64,000 bases of DNA, taken from an uncultured delta proteobacterium. Its GTDB lineage: Bacteria > Desulfobacterota > Syntrophia > Syntrophales > UBA2185. The translations under genes and the position numbers were made by a program. Each line of letters starts with the position of its first letter. The first letter of the stretch is position 1. Shown piece after piece: positions 33,304-43,305 of the stretch. The notes under the pieces are model-generated. The model did no database searches and was not told the DNA's origin. It was given only the letters and a program-made list of their open reading frames with translations. Location of the stretch: NCBI GenBank assembly GCA_963729715.1, contig CAVSPA010000004.1, positions 640,961 to 704,960 of the forward strand, in the 5' to 3' direction.

Positions 33304-34788
33304 ATGGATGAGCAATTTATTCAACCATCCCCGTTTATTATTGGTTATGTTATAGTTTTTCTTATCATCTCGATAGGAATCGGCTGGTATGCGAACAGGT
33401 ATGCCAAGACGGCAGAAGGGTTCTTCGGCGGCACCAAGATGTTCAGTGGGCTTGTCATCGGGTTAGCCTCCATGGCGGCCGTCATGAGCGCCTTCGGCTT
33501 TATCGGAGGTCCCGGTCTGGTCTATAAGTTCGGCTTCACCTCCATCTGGATGACCATCGCCTGCGGTCCCGGTTTTGCCTACGGTTACTGGGTCATCGGC
33601 AAGCGCATGCGCGCCATGGCGGAAGTAACGGACGTGGCAACGCTTCCTGATATCGCCCGGGTCCGCTTCCAGAGCCAGGCGGTACGTGGCATCCTCGCTA
33701 TCGGTTTGTTTCTGGCGGCCACTGCCTACCTTTCTTCGCAGGTCAAGGGCGGCGCCAAGCTCATGAACCAGATGCTCGGAGTATCCGAGGAATGGGGGGT
33801 TATCATAATGTTCGGTACGACGCTCGCCTACATGCTGTTTTCCGGCATGTCCGGCAGTATCCTGACCGATGCCTTCCAGGGGCTGGTCATGCTTATCGGT
33901 GTTGCGGGTGTCGTCTTCGCCTTTTTTGCCATGACTGGCGGTGATTTCAGCGCCATTATGAACGCGCCTCACTTCGGTCCGAGTTTCGTCGACGGGGCCG
34001 GGAGCCTGCCCTTCCAACTGGTGATTACCTGGGCCGTAGTCTTCTTCATCGGCGTCATGTTGCAGCCCCAACTGCTCACCAAGATGTATGCCGTGAAGAA
34101 CCCCAAGGACCTTAAGCTCGCGGGGATTCTCGGCGGGACGACCTACGGACTCACGTCTCTGGTCTGGATCCTCGTTGGCTATGGTGCTGTATATCTGGTC
34201 GCAACCGGCGCCGCGCCACCCCTCAAGGACCTGGACAAGGCAGCATTCCTCTTTGTGAGTAAGACAGGTGGGGTCATGCAGGCGCTCATCATGGCGGCGC
34301 TGCTCGCTGCAATCGTGTCCACGGCGAGCTTTTTCATCTCGCTTGCCTCGGGTGCGATCACCCGTGACCTCGCAGGCGCCATGGGACACGAGATAGCCCA
34401 CGATAGACAGATCGTAGTCGGCCGCTACCTGCAAGTCGTCGTGATAATTCTTTGTATAGGCTTTGGCTACTGGGGAGGCCGGGCGGTAGCTATTTTGGGA
34501 ACCCTTGGATGGGGCTTCTTCGCATCTGTAACGCTTCCCACCTTCTTGATGGGCCTTCTCTGGAAGCGGTGCTCCCGTGAAGGTGTGCTGACCGGACTTA
34601 GCTTTGCAGTTGTTGCAAATATTGCCCTTCCATTGCTTGAGAACTTCAAGATTTACAAACTGCCTTACCCTTATTATCTCTTTGCCATCGCAGGAACCGT
34701 AATTTTGACAACCGTGGTTTCCCTGTTCACGACAGGAGCTGCGGGTAAGAACCTCCCCAAGCAGATGGAACCGGTCTTCAAACTATAA
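33304..34788 (+). CDS. sodium:solute symporter (SSS family)
   Basis: MSAFGFIGGPG, TDAFQG and LAAIVST motifs; about 13 TM. Confidence 0.92.
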   Translation: MDEQFIQPSPFIIGYVIVFLIISIGIGWYANRYAKTAEGFFGGTKMFSGLVIGLASMAAVMSAFGFIGGPGLVYKFGFTSIWMTIACGPGFAYGYWVIGKRMRAMAEVTDVATLPDIARVRFQSQAVRGILAIGLFLAATAYLSSQVKGGAKLMNQMLGVSEEWGVIIMFGTTLAYMLFSGMSGSILTDAFQGLVMLIGVAGVVFAFFAMTGGDFSAIMNAPHFGPSFVDGAGSLPFQLVITWAVVFFIGVMLQPQLLTKMYAVKNPKDLKLAGILGGTTYGLTSLVWILVGYGAVYLVATGAAPPLKDLDKAAFLFVSKTGGVMQALIMAALLAAIVSTASFFISLASGAITRDLAGAMGHEIAHDRQIVVGRYLQVVVIILCIGFGYWGGRAVAILGTLGWGFFASVTLPTFLMGLLWKRCSREGVLTGLSFAVVANIALPLLENFKIYKLPYPYYLFAIAGTVILTTVVSLFTTGAAGKNLPKQMEPVFKL

Positions 34789-34800
34789 TCTTTTTGCAAA

Positions 34801-34833
34801 GGGATAAGGAGTAGCCTCATATCTCCTTATCCC
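34801..34833. terminator. terminator hairpin between convergent genes
   Basis: GGGATAAGGAG...CTCCTTATCCC. Confidence 0.7.
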
Positions 34834-34846
34834 TTCCTTTATTTAT

Positions 34847-35815
34847 TCAAAGAAACGCCTTCACTATGCTCGCTTCCTCCAGTGAAACCTTCTCCCGATA
34901 ATAGAGTTCCCGGTAAAGTCGGCCTGCTTCATCAGAAGCCATTTTTAGAAAAATGGCTTCTCCCGCTCCCGTTCTGAGACAAACCTCTATCAGACTGCTC
35001 GTGGCCAGAATATTCACATGGTCGGAGTAATAGCAGAACAAACCGGTATAAATGCTGGATGTCTCTTTCCTGGCTTTACCAGGCTCGCTCTCCTCCCACT
35101 TCAAGCTTTTCCTCGTAAAAAATCTCTGGATAGTAAGTCCCCCTTGGTCTGTTTTGACAACCATCAGCCCTTTCATGACAATCAGGATGAGAAGGCTGAG
35201 AGGAATCAAGGTAATAATGAACAGGATTTTTCCTGCACGATAAAAGGTATCGGTATTTGAGACAATGACAAATTGCGAGGTGGAAAGTGATAGATATAAA
35301 AAAATTATTTGGATGATCAGGATAGCAGAGATGATGCCAAGTGCTGTGGTAAAACCTAAATTATAAAGCCGATAGACGTTCCTACCAGACCCCTCGAGCA
35401 GCCAACGCCTTTCCTTCTCATTAGGTCCGATAAGGCACTGGTCAGGATAATGGCTTTTTAAGAACAGAATGAGGTCCGTGTTTACTTGTCGGTCATGAAA
35501 GAGCAAGATATCTTTTTCCCGTTCCCCACCATTATTAATCCAGGTCACGGATAATCGGAAGCAGAGACCATTGTTCTGGATAATCCAGGGATTGTTTCGG
35601 TAATTGATCCAGAGAAGCGTATTGGATGCGATCTGGAATTCGCGTTCCCCTGGTTCCCTTATCCGAAAAGTCTCTCCATCGATTTCGAATTCTATTTTTC
35701 CGGACGGCCCTTCACACTGAAAAATGACTTTCCGCATTCCACTCCAAACACGTAAAAAATTTCCACGATGCTTAAGATAATCATTATGGAGGGATCTTAA
35801 AATTCGCCTCGACAT
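34847..35815 (-). CDS. hypothetical membrane protein
   Basis: 322-aa ORF with two central TM segments. Confidence 0.65.
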   Translation of the reverse strand: MSRRILRSLHNDYLKHRGNFLRVWSGMRKVIFQCEGPSGKIEFEIDGETFRIREPGEREFQIASNTLLWINYRNNPWIIQNNGLCFRLSVTWINNGGEREKDILLFHDRQVNTDLILFLKSHYPDQCLIGPNEKERRWLLEGSGRNVYRLYNLGFTTALGIISAILIIQIIFLYLSLSTSQFVIVSNTDTFYRAGKILFIITLIPLSLLILIVMKGLMVVKTDQGGLTIQRFFTRKSLKWEESEPGKARKETSSIYTGLFCYYSDHVNILATSSLIEVCLRTGAGEAIFLKMASDEAGRLYRELYYREKVSLEEASIVKAFL

Positions 35816-35897
35816 TATCCATGAACATAGAGATCTATGGGCAATGGGCTGTAATTATTAATGTAGCAACTACCGCAGAAATGGAAAGTATGACAAG

Positions 35898-36173
35898 CTA
35901 GAGACGAATAAAGTTCATTCTCGGAGTGTCATCGTCATCGGTGACAATGAGATTCCTCATCCATTGCAATGATTCGCGCCGTTGAGCATATTTCATCATG
36001 GACGTCACCAAGAATGGCCAGATAAAAAGAAGGACAGCACTCGCAAAGAGGAAAGCAATGCCTATGGCGCCTTCTTTGATTGCCAGGCATACGATGCACA
36101 GGCACGCAAAAGTGGCGGTTGCAGCGGCGCATGCTAGTAAAAGATATAGTGTATCTTTTAGCGGGAGCGGCAT
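35898..36173 (-). CDS. small hypothetical membrane protein
   Basis: 91-aa ORF with 2 TM. Confidence 0.45.
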   Translation of the reverse strand: MPLPLKDTLYLLLACAAATATFACLCIVCLAIKEGAIGIAFLFASAVLLFIWPFLVTSMMKYAQRRESLQWMRNLIVTDDDDTPRMNFIRL

Positions 36174-36395
36174 TTCATTATCTCATTTATTCTTCAATGT
36201 GATTCCTGTGCTTATACGAGATACCAGGTTAGATACTGGTAGCTTTGAGGACTTCTTTAATTGAATACTAACAAACTATTTGCTCCGGTAACTGGAGCTG
36301 CTAAATCCGATGTGGTCGAACACTGAGTCCGATTTGTCCGAACGGCTCTTTGATGATTCTTCTCCAGCCGACACTTAAGTATAAAAGTGTTCGAT

Positions 36396-37139
36396 CTAAG
36401 TCAAGCCTGAATGTATTTTTCTCATTGAACCTCCTGTTAATGTAAATATAATTTTATGCGCATTATGGACAACGCGATCACATATGGCATCTGCAAGAGT
36501 CGGGTCTCCTATGATATCGTGCCATGTATCGACAGGGAACTGACTGGCAATGATAGTGGACCGTACGTTATGTCTGTCTTCCATGATTTCGAGTAAGTCC
36601 CTTCTTTCTTCATCGGTAAAAGGATTTATCCCCCAGTCATCGATGACGAGGAGCTTTATTCTCTGGAGGCGCTGAAGAAGTTTCACATAGCTCCCGTCTG
36701 CTTTTGCTATTTTCAGTTCACGGCCCAACCGTGGCAGCCTCGTATACAAGGTACTTATTCCCTGCCGTATAGCGCTGTTCCCCAGGGCACATGCAAGGTA
36801 CGTTTTCCCTGCACCGGTGGGACCGACTATGATGATGTTCTGGTTATTCCGTATCCACTCATTCTGAGAAAGTCTCAGTATTGCGTCTTTCGTTATGCCC
36901 CGCCTGGTCCTGAAGTCGATATTCTCAGGACAGGCTGTGGGGTGCCGGAGATGTGCATGGGAGAGGAGGAGCTTTATACGCCGGTTCTCCCTGTGAAGTT
37001 TTTCCTTGTCGACAAGAAGGCCGAATCTTTCCTCAAAACCGAGATCACGATATTCAGCGCTGTTCATCTGTTCCCTCAAGCCCTCTGACATCCCATGGAG
37101 CTTCATGGCAATAAGCTTTTCAATAGTCGCCTCAATCAT
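36396..37139 (-). CDS. istB: IS21 helper ATPase
   Basis: GPTGAGKT, IDDWG and ADAICDR motifs. Confidence 0.95.
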   Translation of the reverse strand: MIEATIEKLIAMKLHGMSEGLREQMNSAEYRDLGFEERFGLLVDKEKLHRENRRIKLLLSHAHLRHPTACPENIDFRTRRGITKDAILRLSQNEWIRNNQNIIIVGPTGAGKTYLACALGNSAIRQGISTLYTRLPRLGRELKIAKADGSYVKLLQRLQRIKLLVIDDWGINPFTDEERRDLLEIMEDRHNVRSTIIASQFPVDTWHDIIGDPTLADAICDRVVHNAHKIIFTLTGGSMRKIHSGLT

Positions 37140-38688
37140 GGGATGCCTCATGGTAATAGTTGTTTCCTCTTATATTGGGATGTAAGGGGAAGATCTTTTT
37201 TATCTCACTCCCCTCAGGGCCCGCCTCCTCCAGTCCCATCTTCAGGATGGACTTTACGCTCCGGTAATTGTATGCCCCTATGTCCAATGCTCTTTTACAT
37301 GCTTTCTCTACCCGTGGAGAAGAGTATGTCCTGGAGAGCCTTATTATGCCGAGGCAACTCCGGAACCCATGTTCCGGGTGGGCACGGTTCTCCATTAACT
37401 TTTCCATAAAGTCCCTGGTGTAAGGCCCTACCTTCTCTCCCCATGACTTTATCCGTGCCGGTGTCCATTCGAGGTACTGCCGGTGCTCATGCGGCATGTG
37501 GAGGTCTTGCGTGACAAAAACACCGGGCTTATCTACCTGCATATGAGAGGCCACCCGTTTGCTCTTGTGATATATTTCGACAACAGTGCCGGTATACCTG
37601 ATATCCACGTATTCCCCGATCAGGGTATAGGGAACACTATAGTATGTCTTTGTCACCTCGATGTGGTAATCGATGTGCACCTTTGCTTTCTTCCAGGCGG
37701 CAATGACAAACCTCTCCGCAGGGAGGGGTTTCAGTAAGGGTTTCTCAATTTCGAGAAAGAGGTCAAGGCGGGATTTATTTATCCCCGTCATGGGTCTGGC
37801 ATTCAGATTCTTCACTTCTTCCATTACCGCCTCGTTGAGTTCCGTAATGTTAAAGAACAACCGGTTCCGCAATGCGGCGACAATCCTTCGCTGGGCTTGA
37901 AGGACTGCATTTTCCACTTTCGCCTTGTCCCTGGGTTTTGCCACTCTTGTGGGAATGACGGCAATGCGGTAATGCTCTGCCATTGCTGCAAAGGTCTTAT
38001 TGATTTCCGGATCATAGTAACAGGCATGTGTAACTCCGGCTTTCAAATTGTCGATAATAATACTCTCGGGACATCCTCCGTAGAATTCAAAGGCTTTGAT
38101 GTTGCATTTCACAAAGCTTTTCCCCGTCTGATCAGGCGCCGCACAGGAAAAAATGTATGAGCTCGCACCTAATACCGAAACGAAAAGTTCAACATCAACC
38201 CGCTCTCCTGTTGCCGGATCCTGATAGTGGGGACTGTCTCCGGAAAAGTCGACAAACATCTTCTCTCCCGCCTTGTGGGTAAACCTCATCACCGGGTCCG
38301 CCTTCCCGGCCCATTCGCCGTAAAGGTGATAAAACTGGCTCCTCTCGTATCCTCCGGGATTGTCTCTTTTGTACTCTTCATATAGAAGTTGAAGCGTTAC
38401 TCCTTTCTTTTTCATCTCCCCTGTCAGGTAGACAAAGTCAGGCAATGGCCTTGACGCCGGCTGCTCTCCCTTGGGAAACAGAAGATCGGAAAGCGAGTCA
38501 TCATCCATCTCCATAATTTCTCCATAACCGGCACCGAGCTCCCTGAGTTTCTCCATATACGTATGGGCTGTAGATGGCGAAATGTCACACGCCCTGGCAA
38601 TCGGGCGCACACCCAGCTTCAGTTCTAAAAACAGCCGCGCTATTTCTCTGAGTTTCCTCATGGGTAACTTCCTCCCTTTCTTCTTCAT
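37132..38688 (-). CDS. istA: IS21 transposase
   Basis: VDFSG, IDNLKAGV and PRDKAKVE motifs. Confidence 0.95.
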   Translation of the reverse strand: MKKKGRKLPMRKLREIARLFLELKLGVRPIARACDISPSTAHTYMEKLRELGAGYGEIMEMDDDSLSDLLFPKGEQPASRPLPDFVYLTGEMKKKGVTLQLLYEEYKRDNPGGYERSQFYHLYGEWAGKADPVMRFTHKAGEKMFVDFSGDSPHYQDPATGERVDVELFVSVLGASSYIFSCAAPDQTGKSFVKCNIKAFEFYGGCPESIIIDNLKAGVTHACYYDPEINKTFAAMAEHYRIAVIPTRVAKPRDKAKVENAVLQAQRRIVAALRNRLFFNITELNEAVMEEVKNLNARPMTGINKSRLDLFLEIEKPLLKPLPAERFVIAAWKKAKVHIDYHIEVTKTYYSVPYTLIGEYVDIRYTGTVVEIYHKSKRVASHMQVDKPGVFVTQDLHMPHEHRQYLEWTPARIKSWGEKVGPYTRDFMEKLMENRAHPEHGFRSCLGIIRLSRTYSSPRVEKACKRALDIGAYNYRSVKSILKMGLEEAGPEGSEIKKIFPLHPNIRGNNYYHEASHD

Positions 38689-39494
38689 CCATGCCCTCCA
38701 AATGTTTTTGAGGACACTTATTACATCAGATAAGGAGGAGAATCATCAGAGAGAAGATCCGTTCTTCACCGAACAGCGAATCCGGTAATGTCAAAAAAAT
38801 GTTCGAGCATAATCGGATTTACTGTTCGATTATCACCGGATTCAGTGTTCGATCTTGACCGGATTGGGCGTTCGAGGTGAACCGGATTTTACACTGGAGC
38901 AAATCTATGTGCTGTACATCCCTATCGTTCATACACTTCTTACATACCCGATTGAGTGTAACATATCTTATGTTAAAGTTCCGCTTTTTCTATACCTCGT
39001 AGTAACCAGTGATTGAAATGTTGTATGGAATGGCTGAATCAGAAAAGTAAGGGTATAAGAAGGACTAAATAAAAAATCCGATTCGAGATTTTTCACGATC
39101 GCCCAACCGGTAAAATCATAGACTGCACCTTGTGAACATGTAGACCGATGGCAGAGTCACAATAGCTCTGCCTTTTCTGTTTGTTTCAACCGGTAATCAA
39201 CAACTCCCCTGTATCTGTCCGTGCAAAGAGCAGGTAGGTGAAGTTGCTAAACCGGTCAGATTTGAGGTCTCGTGTTCGCGAGAGATATGCCTGATAGGTG
39301 TCTATTAATGACAATGACCAACGACCCTGATATGGAGACCGGCGGCGATTTTATAAATAATCTGCTAAAATCAGAACCTTTATTTCTTTTATCTGTCTCA
39401 GTTTCTTGTCATTGGTAATAAATGCATCTGCTCCGACATCAAGGGAAGCGGCAATCTATTGAGAAAATTCCGAGTTGGAAAAGCGAAAAAGTTC

Positions 39495-39917
39495 TTAGAT
39501 TCCAATAAAAGCACCGAATTCCTTCAAAAAACGCTTTATATCCCCAAGCCTGGTCTGGATGATCCGGTACAGTTCTTTATCGTCAATGTCCCAGTAGATG
39601 TGTACCAGTCTGTTTCTGAATCTTGCCATCTGGATCAGAGCAGTCGTGAATTCTTTATCAAAGGCGTCCTGTTCAGTGATTACCCTGAATGTATCGGCAT
39701 AATCCTCAGGTGTCCGGAATCTGTTTTTTGCTATAACGTGATTGCAAAGATCAACGGCCCCTTCTATGACAACTATCAGATTATACTTTGCGCTTCCTGT
39801 TTTATGGGGATCAGCGATAAATGTTCCCTCGGAAAGCTTCTGTAAATCCTCCAGCCTGCCGAGGGCAATCAGGATCTCAGATGTTATCTTCCTTACCTTG
39901 TCCTCATTAAACTCCAC
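39495..39917 (-). CDS. HEPN (DUF86) RNase toxin
   Basis: RNRLVHIY (RX4HXY) motif. Confidence 0.9.
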   Translation of the reverse strand: MEFNEDKVRKITSEILIALGRLEDLQKLSEGTFIADPHKTGSAKYNLIVVIEGAVDLCNHVIAKNRFRTPEDYADTFRVITEQDAFDKEFTTALIQMARFRNRLVHIYWDIDDKELYRIIQTRLGDIKRFLKEFGAFIGI

Positions 39918-40335
39918 GACCCAGCGCCTCCTTCAGATACAGTTTTCGATAAGGGGCGAAATCAAAATAATGGCTGAAAGTCGATTCTTCGAAATTACTT
40001 CTGGCATCATCATCAATGACGACAAGAGATTTCCCGTGCTTGATAACATTATATCGGAAAGACAGTGGGGCGTCGTTCAATATCCTGATATCTACAGGAC
40101 ATTTATTAATAACATTGGTAAGTTCTGTCTCAAGGTCAAGCTCCATTTGTAATGCGGATAAGGGGGCTGCTTTCAGATAAATGGCCACATCAATGTCCCT
40201 GAATTTCTCGTCCGTGATGAAAGAACCATGCACATACGCAAACAACAAATCGGGAAGCTTTTCCAGAAAGCTCCTGATATGGGTAATAATTTCTTCTTTA
40301 GCCTGCGTTGAAATTTGAAAATATATGTTTTTCAT
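39907..40335 (-). CDS. minimal nucleotidyltransferase (MNT) antitoxin
   Basis: GSF...DIDVA motif; overlaps the HEPN start. Confidence 0.9.
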   Translation of the reverse strand: MKNIYFQISTQAKEEIITHIRSFLEKLPDLLFAYVHGSFITDEKFRDIDVAIYLKAAPLSALQMELDLETELTNVINKCPVDIRILNDAPLSFRYNVIKHGKSLVVIDDDARSNFEESTFSHYFDFAPYRKLYLKEALGRGV

Positions 40336-40429
40336 ATTTGTCTAACCTTGAATCTCTTTCTGCCACTTTTTCTGCTTCCCATAACTGATGGCGAATATAC
40401 AATAATTACACGGACAGTCAAGGGGTAAG

Positions 40430-40605
40430 TCCTCTGTAATGGTTATCACGGAAGAAAAGGCATTGATATTTCCTTACTGAAACGCGTTGACGATCGTTTT
40501 AGCAAGAGGACCGAATTCAGGATGGGCTTCTATGTAATAAATAATTGGCGCTGTATCTATAAAGACAGTGTCGATCTGATGAGAGAGCTCATCGGACAAG
40601 CTCAT
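40430..40605 (-). pseudogene. PIN-domain toxin remnant
   Basis: MSLSDELSHQIDTVFIDTAPIIYYIE...FQ*GNINAFSSVITITE; internal stop, then truncated. Confidence 0.75.
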
Positions 40606-40826
40606 ATCCTATCCTCTCTCACCCTGTTTACATATTCCTGTGCATCTTGTTCTTTCCACAATCCCTTGCCGAGGCCGTAAAGCTTGCTCCAGTTCAATTC
40701 TTTTTTCATAGTACGGCGTTTTGTTCTCAGTTGATGCGCAAGCCGTTCTAATAATTTCAATTGGTCCTCAGTTGTGAGTCTCTCAAGATCTTTTTCATTT
40801 TTTCCTAATGTGGTATTTCTCGGCAT
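40602..40826 (-). CDS. probable antitoxin of the PIN remnant
   Basis: 74-aa ORF ending GLW...DAQEYV..VR; overlaps the PIN start. Confidence 0.65.
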   Translation of the reverse strand: MPRNTTLGKNEKDLERLTTEDQLKLLERLAHQLRTKRRTMKKELNWSKLYGLGKGLWKEQDAQEYVNRVREDRI

Positions 40827-41031
40827 TTTAACTCCCTCCCGATATCTACCGTTCCTGGGTTTCTTCGTCCCAGGCTCTTTAAAATCAATTATAAGCCACG
40901 ATCTCCCCCGGAGAACCCTATTGTTGGCTGATATTTCTTTACCACTTACACAATCATCACATACCTACGGAGGAGCTACCTGATACAATATATTAAGCTG
41001 GCCTCGATGTCAACTCACCAAACGTCCTCGA

Positions 41032-42347
41032 ATTGCCTCACATTAAATGTTACCCAAGGTTGTGAATAAAAGAGATCGTTGACTCATAATTCGATGTTAC
41101 CGAACATCGACTTCCGAAAGGAGGGTAATCGATGAGTCCACGATCGAAAAAAGAGTACACCAGGGCAATCCATTTACGCTATAAAAATGCTTCCCGCCAT
41201 GAAAAAACAATTATCCTGAACGAGTTCTGCACAACGTGCGGATACCATAGGAAACATGCCATACGCCTTCTCAGGAGATTTAAACGCTTCACAAAGCCAA
41301 GACCGAAGAAGCGAGGGAAGCCTCCCGTTTATCAAAATGAGGAGATTCTGAAGCCCTTAAAACAGATATGGCTGGCAGCGAATCTCCCCTGTTCAAAACG
41401 CCTAAAAGCTATTTTACCGCTCTGGCTGCCAAGCTATGTCCAACTCTTTGGTAAACTTCCTCCCACGGTTGTTGAAGCCCTGGTGAAAATCTCCCCGGCC
41501 ACCATAGACAGGCTCCTTCAACCTACCCGTATACAATACAAGAAACGTGGCAGATCCACTACAAAGCCAGGGACCCTCCTGAGAAAACAAATCCCTATAC
41601 AAACAAACCAGTGGGATGAATCAAAACCGGGATTCCTTGAAGCCGATACCGTAGCCCATTGTGGCGAGTCATTGCTGGGAATGTACGCATATACCATAGA
41701 CTGCGTGGACATCGCCACCGGATGGACAGAACAAAGAGCTGTGTGGGGTAAAGGAGAAACAGGTGTCCTTCAACAAATCAAAGACATAGAAAAAACGCTC
41801 CCCTTCCCACTCCTTGGCTTCGATTGCGATAACGGATCAGAGTTCTTAAATTATCACCTCGTGAGGCATTTTACCCAACGAAAACACCCCGTAAAATTCA
41901 CCCGCAGCAGACCGTACCACAAAGATGACAACGCACATGTAGAACAGAAGAACTGGACCCATGTGCGTCAATGGCTCGGCTACCAGAGATTAGATAATCC
42001 TCGGGCCGTGCCACTTCTTAATAACCTCTACCGCAATGAATGGAGGCTCTTCCATAACTTCTTCTGCCCCTCCGTGAAACTCATTGCCAAAGAACGTATA
42101 GGTTCTAAAACTGTCAAACAACATGACAAACCCAAAACACCTTATCAGAGGGTCATGGAATCTCTTCATATGCCTGAAACAGTGAAACTCTCGCTCTCTA
42201 AACAACTTGAAAATCTTAACCCCTTTCTGCTAAGAAAAACCATGGAAACAAAACTTAAAAAAATCTCCTCCCTCTGAGTAACATATATTATGAGTCAACG
42301 TTCCTCACATGAAGCTATCCTTCGGTAACATTTATTTATGAGGCAAT
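41032..42347 (+). mobile_element. IS481/ISNCY-like insertion sequence (outer ends approximate)
   Basis: two nested IR pairs: ATTGCCTCA..AAATGTTACC and CGTTGACTCATAAT..ATGTTAC at both ends. Confidence 0.75.
41132..42277 (+). CDS. DDE transposase (integrase core domain)
   Basis: EADTVAH, DCDNGSEF and DNAHVEQKN motifs. Confidence 0.9.
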   Translation: MSPRSKKEYTRAIHLRYKNASRHEKTIILNEFCTTCGYHRKHAIRLLRRFKRFTKPRPKKRGKPPVYQNEEILKPLKQIWLAANLPCSKRLKAILPLWLPSYVQLFGKLPPTVVEALVKISPATIDRLLQPTRIQYKKRGRSTTKPGTLLRKQIPIQTNQWDESKPGFLEADTVAHCGESLLGMYAYTIDCVDIATGWTEQRAVWGKGETGVLQQIKDIEKTLPFPLLGFDCDNGSEFLNYHLVRHFTQRKHPVKFTRSRPYHKDDNAHVEQKNWTHVRQWLGYQRLDNPRAVPLLNNLYRNEWRLFHNFFCPSVKLIAKERIGSKTVKQHDKPKTPYQRVMESLHMPETVKLSLSKQLENLNPFLLRKTMETKLKKISSL

Positions 42348-43305
42348 AGGTCCTGATACACTTCATTAATATTCTGTATCCTAGTTTCTCACAAATATCT
42401 CACATCCAAAATCAGATGCTCCAATTTTTCCTCAATTCTCTGATAATCTGGGATACGACCCGTTAAGGGAAAAGTGTCGTAAAGTATTAGTCCAGGGGAA
42501 AGGTCTTCCCCTGGGTAGTCCTCCAATGCAAGAAAAATAGTATGCCTTAAAAAAATTAAAACACACTTAAGGACTATTCATATTCGATAAGACGTTTCAT
42601 TATTTCATTTTTGGGTAACAAGGATTTGCGGAATATACGCTACAACGACATCATGGAATTTCATAAATGGATTCCGAGATGCGAGAAGGGTAAGGATAAC
42701 GTCGTTTCTTGTCTGCGGACTATGATGAGATGGGCCTGGAGGAATGAAGATATTCCAAGAGTACCGCCATTCCCTAAAATCAGTAAGGGTGAACTTCCCG
42801 AGATAGAATATTTGACGTTGGAACAGTAAGAAATTGTGCTTTCCAATATACCTGAAAGGCATAGACCGATATTTATGGTCGGTATGGAATATGGTTTCAG
42901 GATCGGAGAATTGAGGGCAATTGAGTGGGATTGTGTAACGGATGATGAAATTATCATAAGGCGTGCTTTCGCTGAAAATCAGTTAATGGAAAGTACAAAG
43001 ACCAACAAGAAAAGGGTGTATGGCTTGACGCCTTATGTGAAACAGATACTGAAATCGATGACGATGACCAGCTAATACCTCTGTTTTTACGAGAGAGGAT
43101 GGTAAGTGGAGAATCCGTTCAAAACCAGCAGCCAATTCCGTTGCAAACCAGCACCCTATTCCGGAACATGCCAGCAGGTGATTCCGGAACAAACCAGCAG
43201 GTTTCCGTGATTTAGCGGAAATGCCTGCTGGCATAGCGGAATAAAAATCATACTGAACAATTGACCTAATCAGCCATAATACCCTCTTAAAAAACTGGAG
43301 GGTGT

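Larger units (their letters stand above)
36299..38893 (-). mobile_element. IS21-family element 2
   Basis: TG...CA ends; repeated GTTCGA..CGGATT units; 7-bp TSD CTGGAGC at 36292-36298 and 38894-38900. Confidence 0.93.

Noticed and set aside
33463..34434. long antisense ORFs (323 aa here; also 6812..7726, 25609..26190 and others)
   Set aside because: Shadow ORFs opposite well-supported genes, with no recognisable motifs.
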